64,000 bases of DNA from Macrostomum lignano (Eukaryota). Location: positions 1-64,000 of the forward strand of contig NIVC01001379.1 in the NCBI GenBank assembly GCA_002269645.1, read 5' to 3'. Shown piece after piece: positions 26,021 through 38,753 of this stretch (position 1 is its first letter; every line of letters starts with the position of its first letter). Both the position numbers and the translations under genes were made by a program. The notes beneath the pieces are model-generated. The model was not told where the DNA came from. It saw only the letters and a list, made by a program, of their open reading frames with translations, and searched no databases.

Positions 26021-27959
26021 TTCACTAGGCTACAATGTTCCAATTTCTCAAACAGTGCTCCTTGAACATCAGCTTCCACCTACTGCCGGAAACAATTCCT
26101 ATTTGATGTCAACTGGTGCGTCAGCACTTCATCAACAGGTACGCAACAGATTTGACTGCAATGCTCCTTTCGTTTGGCCAGGAAGAAAACGCTCAGCGCT
26201 TCAAACTCTAAATTTCCGGAGTTCTTTGCCATATGTGCCTTACTTTTATAATAGTGGGGTTGTTAATATTCGTATATTTAGATTTCCTTCACAGCGGAAT
26301 TACCAGAGCTTCGGCTGCATTGCTTTGCTCTACTTCGAGTGATAGAGTGATGGGCACTGTCGGGATTGTGTGCACCAACATTGATGACATACTGGTTGAC
26401 CAGTCAAGTAGATGTGTTTATTTGCATTTATTGACTTTGATTTAGCAACAAGCCTGCTGGGCGTCGAGCTGATTGATCAACTGAGTTCTAATGAGTTGTA
26501 GAATATGCTACAGTGCTGATATTGTAGTGTATATAGCTTGAGTAGCTGATTGAGATCGATTCTAACTTGTATTTTAGCTTTTTTGTCGGTTTGTACCTTG
26601 TTTGGGCAAATAATGTGCATGGCAATCCTTACCACGCAAAACTTGCTGAAGTACGAGACAAAAGCTCGTAGACAAAAGCAGATTCGGAAGACCCAGCAGT
26701 TGTGATAGAGTAACATCATCGACCGGTGAGGATCTGAGGCTTAGAGTTCGTATGAAATGATTGAGATGATTGAGTTCGTAAATGAAAAGAATTACTATAT
26801 AAAGAACAATAAAAACTAAAATGTATCTAAATGAGCATATGCACGTACACTCTGAGCGTGATTCACAATTTCTACATGAGTCTAACATATGATTAATTTA
26901 AACTTTCAGATTTATTACATACTTATTCACATTAGCTAGATTGTACGGAGTGGCCATAAGTCTTATATGATTACAAGGCAGATCTATTGAGTAGCAGAAT
27001 GGACTTCTCGGAGTTGAGTACCAATTTATTTAGCTACGTGTATAAACAAATCTAGCTATTGCTTTAAAAGCGGCTCGTGATTCAACTCTGTGTCGATATC
27101 ATCTTCAATCGGAAGAAAAATTTGTACGAAATCATGTAAACGTACAAGTAAAAAGTCAAGTCCCTATGTAAAAGAGTACTTTCTTTAGATTTACATCCAG
27201 GGACTCCTCAATATCTATAGTTATTGTTATATTGCTATTGTTTTTTATAGTTATTGAGTAGTCCCTGTTTATATCATCATAATTAATTGTAATAATTGAC
27301 CATAACAGTTTTTTATTACAGAAAGTCGCAAAAAAGATTGTAAAATTTTACGGCCGTTGCTTTGTTGCTGAAAATAACAAAATAATATGTTTAGTACTTT
27401 TGTTCGACAGTTGTTGTTCTCTTGCAGCACAATTAAATAAGGCCTAACTTTTATAATAAATTTTAAGCGCGTTTAAATCATCATATTAAGTTTCGCGAAG
27501 AAAGATTTTTGTAATTTTAAAAAATCACATCGATTTCCACTGAGAACCTCACTGAGATCACTTGCCTGGTTTGAACGATTCATTTGTTCATTCCAGTCCT
27601 TACGCAGTTGCTCTTTGTTGGAGAGAGAGAGAGAGAGAGAGAGTCCTTTATTTCAAGAATTTTCTCTGATTGCTCTGATTGGTTTTGAGTCATTTTGCGA
27701 TTCGTGCATATGGTTGTAATATTTTAGAGATTTTTCGAAGAAGCAGTTTTTTAGTTAATGACTTCGACACAAAATATTTATAAATTTATCTATAAATTTT
27801 TTAAGTTCTAACAGCGTATATACATATAATTGAGCTAGGTAACGATAATATCTATATACTATGTACTATATATGTAAAATTAAAATTAAAATTTTGTATT
27901 TTTGCTTACAATTATTGGTTTCCACCAAACAAATAGAAATTGTAATAATTTTTTCAGCC

Positions 27960-28251
27960 ATGACTGAAGCCAGACAATTGCTTTCGCGGCTTCCTGGCAA
28001 GGAAATTTCCAGCTTGGATGTGGATAATTTATTCAAATGCTTCGATGCAAACAGGTGAACGGTTTATAGCTGTTTTCTGAGTTGTAAATAACGTTCTTCG
28101 TAAATTTTATTAACACCTGTTCTACACATTCCCTCAGAGACGACGCACTCGACAAAAAGGAGTTGCGGCAGTTGCTAAGCCACCTGGCAACGTCTGGTTC
28201 AGTCTCGGACTCGCACCTGACTCGGCTGCATTCCTTCCTGGACGTTGACAA

Positions 28252-28292
<41 letters not shown>

Positions 28293-31200
28293 TGTGTTTT
28301 CTCAGCTTGCTTTGCTGACCTATTCGTCTGAGTCATTTGGTTTTCTGTTGTCTCCCCCCTTGTTTGGCCTTTTCAAGTAGGTTTGGATTTTGGTTCCCTG
28401 TAATTCACGCTCACAACCCATAGTCATCGGAGGGTCATGCCCCAAGCCAAATATGGTCATAGGAGGTTCATGCTCAAACACAAATATAATCATCGGAGAG
28501 TCATGTCCCAAGCCAAATATGGTCATCGGAGGGTCATACTCCAACTCAAATATGGTCATCTGAGGGTCATGCTCCAACTCAAATATGGTCATCTGAGGGT
28601 CATGCTCCAACTCAAATATGGTCATCGGAGGGTTATGCTCACCTGAACGGCACCCCGCACCCGCCAATGCACTAAGGATGGGGTTGTCAGCCGACGAGAC
28701 TTCCAGAACTCCGCCGGCCCCTGGCTCAGCGTCATCTTCAACGGTCCCGCCGTCCTGGTCGTCGTGGACGTTCAAAACGATTTCATCAGCGGCTCGCTGG
28801 CTTTGAAATCCTGCGAAGCCGGCCAAGACGGCGCCGAGGTGGTGCCCGTCATCAACCGGGCTCTGGACAGGTGTGCTAGCCAGCTCAAAACTGTGGTCTA
28901 CTCGCTCGACTGGCATCCGGACGATCACATCTCATTCATTGAAAATGTAGGACAGCGCGAGCTCTGCCCCGGATCCAGGGTGAGCGACCTGCATAATTCC
29001 ATATTTATGCAATTTCGCAATTTTGAAATTTCAAAATTTAGTTTCATTAATCAGCTCTTCTCTCTTTACTTTTTCCCCTTTCTCTCATCCGTCCTTCCCC
29101 CTCTCTCTTCCGTCCTTCCCCTCTCTCTTCCGTCCTTCCCCTCTCTCATCCGTCCTTCCCCTCTCTCATCCGTCCTTCCCCTCTCTCATCCGTCCTTCCC
29201 CTCTCTCTTCCGTCCTTCCCCCTCTCTCTTCCGTCCTTCCCCCTCTCTCATCCGTCCTTCCCCCTCTCTCTTCCGTCCTTCCCCCTCTCTCATCCGTCCT
29301 TCCCCCTCTCTCATCCGTCCTTCCCCTCTCTCTTCCGTCCTTCCCCTCTCTCATCCGTCCTTCCCCCTCTCTCTTCCGTCCTTCCCCTCTCTCTTCCGTC
29401 CTTCCCGCTCTCTCTTCCGTCCTTCCCCCTCTCTCTTCCGTCCTTCCCCCTCTCTCTTCCGTCCTTCCCCCTCTCTCTTCCGTCCTTCCCGCTCTCTCTT
29501 CCGTCCTTCCCCCTCTCTCTTCCGTCCTTCCCGCTCTCTCTTCCGTCCTTCCCCCTCTCTCTTCCGTCCTTCCCCCTCTCTCTTCCGTCCTTCCCCCTCT
29601 CTCTTCCGTCCTTCCCCTCTCTCTTCCGTCCTTCCCGCTCTCTCTTCCGTCCTTCCCCCTCTCTCTTCCGTCCTTCCCCCTCTCTCTTCCGTCCTTCCCC
29701 CTCTCTCTTCCGTCCTTCCCCCTCTCTCTTTCGTCCTTCCCCCTCTCTCTTCCGTCCTTCTCTCTCTCTCTCCTCTATATTTCCCCCTCTCTCTTCCGTC
29801 CTTCTCTCTCTCTCTCCTCTATATTTCCCACTCTCTCCTCCGTCCTTCTCTCTCTCTCTCTCCTCTATATTTCCCACTCTCTCCTCCGTCCTTCCCTCTT
29901 CCTCTCTTCCTTTCTTCCCTTCTCCCCACTGTCTCTCCCCTCTTCAACCTCTCTCCGATGTCTTCACCCTCTCCCCACTGCTTTTACCCTCTCTCCCCTG
30001 CCTTTATCCTCTTTCCATTGCCTTTACCCTCTCTCCCCTGCTTTTATCCTCTTTCCACTGCTTTTACCCTCTCTCCACTGCCTTTATCCTCTTTCCATTG
30101 CCTTTACCCTCTCTCCCCTGCCTTTATCCTCTTTCCATTGCCTTTACCCTCTCTCCACTGCCTTTATCCTCTTTCAATTGCCTTTACCCTCTCTCCCCTG
30201 CCTTTATCCTCTTTCCATTGCTTTTACCCTCTCTCCCCTGCCTTTATCCTCTTTCCACTGCTTTTACCCTCTCTCCCCTGCCTTTATCCTCTTTCCATTG
30301 CCTTTACCCTCTCTCCACTGCCTTTATCCTCTTTCCATTGCCTTTACCCTCTCTCCCCTGCCTTTATCCTCTTTCCATTGCTTTTACCCTCTCTCCCCTG
30401 CCTTTATCCTCTTTCCATTGCCTTTACCCTCTCTCCCCTGCCTTTATCCTCTTTCCATTGCCTTTACCCTCTCTCCCCTGCCTTTATCCTCTTTCCATTG
30501 CCTTTACCCTCTCTCCCCTGCCTTTATCCTCTTTCCACTGCTTTTACCCTCTCTCCCCTGCCTTTATCCTCTTTCCATTGCTTTTACCCTCTCTCCCCTG
30601 CCTTTATCCTCTTTCCATTGCCTTTACCCTCTCTCCCCTGCCTTTATCCTCTTTCAATTGCCTTTACCCTCTCTCCCCTGCCTTTATCCTCTTTCCATTG
30701 CCTTTACCCTCTCTCCACTGCCTTTATCCTCTTTCCATTGCCTTTACCCTCTCTCCCCTGCCTTTATCCTCTTTCCATTGCCTTTACCCTCTCTCCACTG
30801 CCTTTACCTCTCTCCATTGCACTCGCTCTCGAAATCTTGCAGGTGAAATCAGCCGCCGATGCTCGCGTTGGCGACACGGTGATTTTTCAGACGGGCAGCT
30901 ACGGACCGGTTGAGCAGATGCTGTGGCCCAAGCACTGCGTCCAAAACTCGCATGGAGCCGAGCTGCATCCTTTGCTAAAGGTTCGTGGAATGTGCTTTGT
31001 TTCCTGTAGTTTTGGAACTACTAGTGGGTAATCCGAGGCATCGGTTTGCGAGATCGGAGAGAGGTGAATGCATGATCGGGGAATACGAATGTGCGATCTG
31101 GCAGGTGAGTGTGCGAACTGGTAGGTGATCTGGTGAGATCTGGTAGGTGAGTGTGAGATCTGGTAGGTAAGTGTGAGATCCAATAGGTGAGTTGTGGAGA

Positions 31201-32297
31201 TCTGGCAGACACAATGTGACTACACAGAGACGTGCATTCAATCATGCCGCAGGTGACCTCAAACCATATCCGGGTGCACAAAGGCACGGACCCGGACATT
31301 GACTCCTATTCGGCGTTTTGGGACAACGGCAAGCGAAAAAGGACGGACCTGTTCGACCAGCTGCATCGGCTGCAGGTGCGCGACGTTTTCGTCTGCGGCC
31401 TGGCAACCGATGTCTGCGTTGGGGCGACGGCGACGCACTCGGTTGAGCACGGCTTCCGGACCGCCCTGCTGGAGGACGCCAGCCGCGGGGTGAGCCGCGA
31501 GGGCATCGTCGGCATCAAGTCGCGTCTGGCCTCCATAAACGGATTGGTTGTAAATTCCTCGCAGGCAAGTGGCTGGAGGTTTATGAGGAGAGTGTCTATG
31601 GCCGGAGCGGCGGTGTACGCAGTGTGCGATGCTAGGGTCAGAGCGGCAGTGTACGCAGTGTGCAATGCTAGGGTCAGAGCGGCAGTGTACGCAGTGTGCA
31701 ATGCTAGGGTCAGAGCGGCAGTGTACGCAGTGTGCAATTCTAGGGTCAGAGCGGCAGTGTACGCAGTGTGCAATGCTAGGGTCAGAGCGGCAGTGTACGC
31801 AGTGTGCAATGCTAGGGTCAGAGCGGCAGTGTACGCAGTGTGCAATGCTAGGGTCAGAGCGGCAGTGTACGCAATGTGCAATGCTAGGGTCAGAGCGGCA
31901 GTGTACGCAGTGTGCAATGCTAGGGTCAGAGCGGCAGTGTACGCAGTGTGCAATGCTAGGGTCAGAGCGGCAGTGTACGCAATGTGCAATGCTAGGGTCA
32001 GAGCGGCAGTGTACGCAGTGTGCAATGCTAGGGTCAGAGCGGCAGTGTACGCAGTGTGCAATGCTAGGGTCAGAGCGGCAGTGTACGGAGTGTGCAATGC
32101 TAGGACTCGGGCGGCTTTGAAGACAGAAATAAAACAAGTCTTTAAGCAATCTACCGGGTAACAAAGTTTGTCAATGCCAAAACTAAACCAGTAGATCTCC
32201 ATCACTTCAGATGGCTCAGCTGATTCAGAAAACTGATCGACCAATCGAATGGGTCATCGCAGCCATCGACAGCGTTGGAAAGTTAAAGTACACGTGA
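27960..32297 (+). CDS. Naam: Nicotinamidase/pyrazinamidase (isochorismatase family) with N-terminal EF-hand pair, 349 aa
   Basis: Exons 27960-28054, 28138-28252, 28677-28979, 30843-30980, 31253-31564, 32211-32297 join in frame (1050 nt incl. stop). EF-hand loops DANRDDALDKKE and DVDNDGVVSRRD; catalytic motifs VVVDVQNDF, DWHPDDH, LWPKHCVQ, KGTDPDIDSYSAF, VCGLATDVCV. The EF-hand+nicotinamidase architecture matches insect Naam as I recall it. Confidence 0.92.
28420..28640. repeat. 33-bp minisatellite (ATATGGTCATC...CCAACTCAA), Naam intron 2
   Basis: Direct reading. Confidence 0.88.
29080..30830. repeat. Two adjacent polypyrimidine minisatellites (~20-22 bp CTCTCTCTTCCGTCCTTCCC, then 40-bp CCTTTACCCTCTCTCCCCTGCCTTTATCCTCTTTCCATTG), Naam intron 3
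   Basis: Direct reading. Confidence 0.95.
31600..32105. repeat. 36-bp minisatellite (GTGTACGCAGTGTGCAATGCTAGGGTCAGAGCGGCA)n, ~14 copies, in the GC-AG intron of Naam
   Basis: Direct reading. Confidence 0.96.
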
Positions 32298-32559
32298 ACT
32301 TTCATTATTGACATGCAGGCACAGCTTGCCGGAGCTGTTCTGTACAACTGGATTCGGATTAGCTAGATACTACTCGTAAATACTCGTAAAACCTAATTTT
32401 TAACGACTCTGCAGTTTAACTTTTCTAAAAAAAACTTTTTCGTTTTGCTGTTTAGCTGATCACCGACCTTATTCTGCACTTTGATAATGGTACTTTTAGC
32501 AAAGACTGACCTGTTAGACCCATTGATTTTAGTAATTCTACAAGGTAAATTTTAGAACC

Positions 32560-32785
32560 CGTTTTAGAACCCGGGAAACCTGTTTTAGAAACCAGGACAC
32601 TTGCTTAAGAACCAGGGACACCTGTTTTAAAACCCGGGACACCTGTTTAAGAACCTGGGAAACCTGTTTAAGAACCTGGGACACCTGTTTAAGAACCCGG
32701 GACACCTGTTTAAGAACCCGGGACACCTGTTTGAGAACCCGGGACACCTGTTTAAGAACCCGGGACACCTGTTTAAGAACCTCTA
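32560..32785. repeat. 21-bp minisatellite (CCGGGACACCTGTTTAAGAAC)n
   Basis: Direct reading. Confidence 0.92.
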
Positions 32786-33310
32786 TTAAAGACCTCTTTT
32801 TGTACCCAAGGACAACATTTAGCAACTTAGATTAAGGTTTTCCGGGCTTCTCACGGGATATTACGAGTATTTCTCTGAAGTAGACAGGTAATGTCACCAA
32901 TAGAGTCAACAGATTGCATATTGTAAATCCGATATGCGCCAAAACTTAAACAAAAAGTACATAAATTTGTTACTTTCGTTATTCTCGTCAGTTGTTGCAC
33001 ATTTGTTAATCTTAATTTTTACTATTAATAATTATTAGCAACTCAAGCACAAATTAATAATCCCCAAAAAGTTTACGTCGCAAATCTTCCTATTTCGATT
33101 GTTTGTTTGGTGTTTTATCCAAGGTTATTAATTGGTTTGTCGAATTTTCAATATATAGCTAGTTTGGCGCCTTCAGCACGTTCGACTCCATTGGCAAATG
33201 AAACAGAAGGGCGCCGCTACACTCGAGGTTTTTATTTTTTTCTTAGACCTAATTTGTCTATGGTAAAACCCGATTAAGTGCTATGCGTTCTCGAGAGCAT
33301 GCTAAATGCA

Positions 33311-33525
33311 TAGTGTTTAGAGCGTCGGACCCAGACACCTAACCCTGCATTGCTTCAGTTCACCCAGCTGTAAAATTGGTGCTAGCATTAGCTGGGGTAA
33401 TTGAGGCTGTGTGTGGCGACCCCCCAGCCCTTGGACTGAACAGCCGTACGCAGCCTTCAGATGCGCCGCGCAATAGCTGCGGCTGAGCTGTCGGTTGCAC
33501 ATCTGGCCATTAGGGCAGGTGTAAT
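33311..33525 (+). mobile_element. CORE-SINE copy with internal deletion of most of the tRNA head
   Basis: TAGTGTTTAGAGCGTCGGAC joined directly to AGACACCTAACCCTGCATTGCTTCAGTTCACCCAGCTGTAAAA; the 3' body matches the 25.7-kb copy; followed by an ATT-rich tail. Confidence 0.78.
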
Positions 33526-34224
33526 GAGCTATTGTTTATTATTATTATTGATTGAGCAATGCTCTGGCAAGGCTGCTCTCTAAAGGATTAGATGGAGATG
33601 CTCCCCAATACTGACTGTAGCTGAAGAATTCCCTTTCTTTAGCCGTCCTTCTTTAGTCGCTGCAGGTGCTCCGCTGTCTTGACAAGATCAGCCAGCCATC
33701 ATGCTCCCCCTCAGGCCATGGCATTGTTTGAGAGTTCTATTTTTAGACTGCAACTTTTGCACTGTTGCTGAATAATTGCCGGAGCCCGTCAAGGCTGACT
33801 AAATTAGCCTCTTCTTCTGTTTCTTAGTTTAGCAATTTCTCTTTAAACAGAGCCACTTTTTTGTTTTTTTGTTACGCACACGGCTTAGTAGATTTCTTCT
33901 GATCGAGTTTGTAATATGCTTTTCTGCTTCCCTAAATTATAATAAAAATTTGTTCGTGAGCGTAGTAATGCAATGCATAATTTTAGTTTAATTGGCTCGC
34001 TACTTTGTCTAATTTTGCGTCACAGAATTGGCAATAAGCAATGAGCCAGCTGCCAGTTTCTCTGCAGCCACCACTTTCTGCTGCCTGCCGCTGCGACAGA
34101 TGCTGCGGCGGAGAAGTACTCTTCATCTGGCCATTGTTCTCATTGTGGGAGTGCAGCAGGTGGGTGGGAGACTGCATTTTGGCTCTGGAAAATTGAGTAA
34201 TTTGGGAATCTGTATGCTGCAGAT

Positions 34225-34400
34225 GGTAGAGTTGAGTAGATGGTAGACTTGAGTAGATGGTAGACTTGAGTAGATGGTAGACTTGAGTAGATGGTAGAGT
34301 TGAGTAGATGGTAGGCTTGAGTAGATGGTAGACTTGAGTAGATGGTAGAGTTGGGTAGATGGTAGACTTGAGTAGATGGGAGACTTGAGTAGATGGGAGA
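34225..34400. repeat. 17-bp minisatellite (AGTAGATGGTAGACTTG)n
   Basis: Direct reading. Confidence 0.9.
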
Positions 34401-35604
34401 TATGAGTAGTTGTTAAGAGCAAATGACAAGTAGAACGACACCAGGAATAAGCAATAAATGGGCCATTTTCTAACCCCAGCAACATTGGCGAATGTAACAG
34501 CCTGTGTAGGCAGTGATAGCGAGGCTAAGGTGCTAAATTTTGGTAAGAACTTTCAGTCTTTCTTCTGTCATAATAATCCATAATAGTCCATCACTGCCTC
34601 CTGCTCTCGTCGGGTCTCCGCCTGAGCATTGCTGATCTCCAGTTTCTTTCTCCCGGCACTGTCTTCTTGGCAAGCTGACTCTGCCAGTCAATGCAGGAGG
34701 CAGTTTTCCACTAAAGTCAGCAAATTCTCTAAAGTCGGCAGTGGCGGGCCGAGGACTAGGGGGGGGGTTGAGGCTTTGGGTTTTCCCTTCCCAGTTTCAG
34801 TAGAAATAATGAAGGAACTGCTGCAGAATCCCCTACCGTGAGCTGTTGTTGTCGGTTCGCCCCGCTGCCCCCCCCCCCTCCCAGGGATCGATAATAGCCC
34901 GCCCGTCCACGCGTCGTCCACGGCTGCTTTACTTTCTTCTGCTTTTTTGGGACAGAAGGGTAGGAAAATCGCCTTCCTTCTTTTTGGCGCCCCGGTTTCA
35001 CAGACTCCAGACAGAAATGCACCTCTGTCGCGGCTGGCTGAGGTGGCAGACAATGGGAAGCTGGGGAGAAGGGGGGCCTGGATCGCGGCGGAGAGAGAGA
35101 GGAGGGCACAGAAAGCCACTCTTCTTTTCTTTAGAAAAAGGGAAAGAACACCCGTCGCAAGTTTTCTTGAGCTGCTGCCCAGTTTGCCGCGCGGGGGACA
35201 GGGGGGGTGGAGATGAGACGCGCTGCAAAAGGTGGCGCAGCGCAGGCCTACCTCGCCACTTTCCTGCCCGCAGGCAAGGCCCAGGCAGTTTTGTGTCTCA
35301 AACTGTAACAAACTTTAACGCGATGAGGTGGTGCTGACGTCATTGGCTGTGTTAGCCGCTAGGGTCTGCAGAGTATTCAGCCATAGCTGATTGCCGCGAA
35401 GGAAGTTTCTATGAACTGACTTTGCGTGTAGGAGAGAGAGGCAAGCTTTATATTAAATTTGCCAAGAAATTGCCTCACTTTGAATTAATAACCAGCTGGA
35501 TTTTTCTGTTGGGAAAGTGCGGCTTTGGGTGGCAGAGTAGGGCTTAATTAGCAGGTAGAGTAGCATTGGCTAGTGGGTGGCCTGAGACACTTGAGAATCA
35601 GCTG

Positions 35605-36010
35605 TCCACACCTGAGACAGGGGTGTGCCCGTGTTCTACACCTGAGAGATTATCAGTGTGTCCGTGTTCTACACCTGAGAGATTATCAGTGTGTCCGTGT
35701 TCTACACCTGAGAGATTATCAGTGTGTCCGTGTTCTACACCTGAGAGATTATCAGTGTGTCCGTGTTCTACACCTGAGAGATTATCAGTGTGTCCGTGGT
35801 GTCCACACCCTAATGACAGGAATGTGTCCATGTCAGCACCTTAATGACAGGAATGTGTCCATTTCAGCACCTTAATGACAGGAATGTGTCCATGTCAGCA
35901 CCTTAATGACAGGGGTGTGTCCATGTCAGCACCTTAATGACAGGAATGTGTCCATGTCAGCACCTTAATGTCAGCACCTTAATGTCAGGAATGTGTCCAT
36001 GTCAGCACCG
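35605..36010. repeat. Two related ~33-bp minisatellites (CACCTGAGAGATTATCAGTGTGTCCGTGTTCTA; CACCTTAATGACAGGAATGTGTCCATGTCAG)
   Basis: Direct reading. Confidence 0.9.
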
Positions 36011-36504
36011 GAGACAGAGGAGAGTGGACACTTCTAAGACAGAAAAAACTGATTTCATATTTTTATAGTCGATTCAGCCAATAAGTTTTGGAAATACTCC
36101 AATCGTTCTACTAACAACCTATTCTATAAGTAGAGTCAGACGAATTCTCAACGAGCTTAGCGATTCATTTTGAGGGGAAATTGAAACAGGACAAGCAACA
36201 TGCCATTTTTTCGCCATCCTGCCTAGAGCCAATTAGTGTAATTGGCAGCCCGCTAGATTCAGTGGCCAGCTGGGGGGGGGCTTTTTAACCCTTTTCACCC
36301 CTCAATCTATCTTAAAACCCGAGTGGCCCCAGTCCTCGTACAGCTGCTGCCAGCCAGTCAGAAAGTACGTTAAAAGCTTTACGGTCAATTCGTTCAAAGA
36401 ATCGCCCACACTGCAAATTTTCTGTGTGTCTCCAGACTTAATATAACAAAACTAAAATGTGTGAACTGAGTTCAACGTGATCTTGGTGCATTCAATGGAT
36501 TTCC

Positions 36505-37020
36505 AATTCCTGACTCCCTGTATGTACATTCTGACATTCCTGACTCCCTGCATGTAAATTCTGACATTCCTGACTCCCTGCATGTACATTCCGGCATTCC
36601 TGACTCCTTGTATGTACATTCTGACATTCCTGACTCCCTGTATGTACATTCCGGCATTCCTGACTCCCTGTATGTACATTCTGGCATTCCTGACTCCCTG
36701 TATGTACATTCCGGCATTCCTGACTCCCTGTATGTACATTCTGGCATTCTTGACTCCCTCTATGTACATTCCGGCATTCCTGACTTCCTGTATGTACATT
36801 CTATAACTCCTGACTCCCTGTATGTACATTCTGGAACTCCTGACTCCCTGTATGTACATTCTGGAACTCCTGACTCCCTGTATGTACATTCTGGAACTCC
36901 TGACTCCCTGTATGTACATTCTGGAACTCCTGACTTCCTGTATGTACATTCTGGAATTCCTGACTCCCTGCATGTACATTCTGGAATTCCTGACTCCCTA
37001 TATGTACTTTTTGGAATCCC
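36505..37020. repeat. 30-bp minisatellite (CTCCCTGTATGTACATTCTGGCATTCCTGA)n
   Basis: Direct reading. Confidence 0.94.
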
Positions 37021-37929
37021 TGATAGTCATGAGCCTTCATAAACCTATGAACCTTTTAAACAATAACATCACCACATACGTACCTCAGTGCTCTATTAAA
37101 TTAAATTATTATTATATTTAATGTTTAATAAACAAGCGAGCTTTAAAAATGGAGTCGGTCATTGGGTGAACTGGGCAGCAGCTAACATCCTAGATGGGAA
37201 TTTTAAGTTACCGCAATGCTTAAATTTGAATGCTTAAATTATATTTTTCTCCAGAAGGAAAAATCTAATTAACAGAAATTCGACCCTGCTTTTCGAGTAG
37301 ATAACCTGAGATTAGCTTGAGCTTTCAATTCCATTGCAGAGTCGAATCTCAATCAACACTTCAGCTATTTCCTGACAAAATGTTAATCTCAATTCCGCAA
37401 ATTTCAAATCCGATGCAGAATAACAAGATCTGCGGTTTGAGCACAGGAACAGAAAACAGAAACAGAAAAATAGATTTAGACTGGCACTTTTCGCAGTGCA
37501 GATGTGCTTGAACCAAAAGTTAGCTGTATATGCCTCTATATGCCATGTCCCGTGGCAGCTGAACAAACACAGGTATATGTTCAGGCAAGGGGTAAAGTTA
37601 CACATCTTGCTTTGGCTCATTGAGTTCCTTAGAGCAGTAGATAAGACAGGTAAGTCGTTTGATCCGTTTGCTTCTAGGCGGATCTGCAGAGACCTTGCTT
37701 CCCTCTCCGTGATCTGGGGTTGCGCGAGTGTCACTGGCAAGGGAGGTGATCTCGAATTCAGTCTGCTTATCGCACTTCATCAGCTGTCTCTGGGCAGTAG
37801 TGGCTGAACCGTTTTTACTACTGTTTTCATGGTACAGGTGCGTGAGGGAATTTCGCTGAGTCTCTGGCCCTCAGGTCGCAACCAGCTTTCTGCGACTTGT
37901 TCGTCTTACTGCCACGCTATCGTCCGCAC

Positions 37930-38390
37930 CTTTCTTCCGCGCCTGTCTTCCTCCCCTGTCTTCCACCCCTGTCTTCCGCCCCTGTCTTCCGCACCTGTCT
38001 TCCGCCCCTGTCTTCCGCCCCTGTCTTCCGCACCTGTCTTCCGCCCCTGTCTTTCTCCCCTGTCTTCCACACCTGTCTTCCACCCCTGTCTTCCGCCCTG
38101 TTTTCCGCCCCTGTCTTCCGCCCCTGTCTTCCGCCCAGTCTTCCGTCCCTGTCTTCCGCCCCTGTCTTCCGCACCTGTCTTCCTCACCTGTCTTCCTCAC
38201 CTGTCTTCCGCCCCTGACTTCCGCACCTGTCTTCCGCCCCTGTCTTCCGTCCCTGTCTTCCGCCCAGTCTTCCGTCCCTGTCTTCCGCCCCTGTCTTCCG
38301 CACCTGTCTTCCTCACCTGTCTTCCTCACCTGTCTTCCGCCCCTGTCTTCCGCCCCTGTCTTCCGCCCCTGCCTTTCGCTCCTGTCTTCC
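37930..38390. repeat. ~14-bp minisatellite (CCTGTCTTCCGCCC/GCA)n upstream of the GPCR CDS
   Basis: Direct reading. Confidence 0.93.
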
Positions 38391-38753
38391 ACTCAGCTCT
38401 TTCTGTACCTGAAATTTATTACAATCTGTCCTTCAGCCGACGTCTAAGAGGCAGCTCTTGAACTGGAGCCGCCATGCTCTTGAATAATCTCATCTCTCCT
38501 CCGTTGCTTCAATCGTTAATTAAGAGGGCTATCCGTTATTAATAATTTATTATCCCGAAGAAGATTTCCCTTTTGGCCAGCTGGCGAGTTCGAATTCTCT
38601 TTGTCTTGATTGGCTGCTCGCAGGAACGGCTGGCGGGGCGACAGACCCCTCCCCTCAGCCTCCTCATGGGGAATTTAAACCGCCTCCGTCATCAAGCCGT
38701 CCCCCGCCTGCAGGTATCTTGCTTCCCATCGGTCTGACAGTTAGCATCCTAAA

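Noticed and set aside
26050-26760. Possible minus-strand exons divergent from Naam
   Set aside because: Plausible splice sites exist but I found no consistent phase chain or recognisable protein motif.
31565-32161. AAVYAVCNARVR repeat as the C-terminus of nicotinamidase, or a Cys-rich metallothionein-like protein
   Set aside because: A GC-AG intron and a better terminal exon at 32211-32297 explain the region.
34630-35340. GC-rich segment with several ORFs; a similar-looking segment lies at 48690-49260
   Set aside because: No recognisable domain, terminal repeat or TSD; possibly LTR or other repeat-derived, but I cannot support a call.
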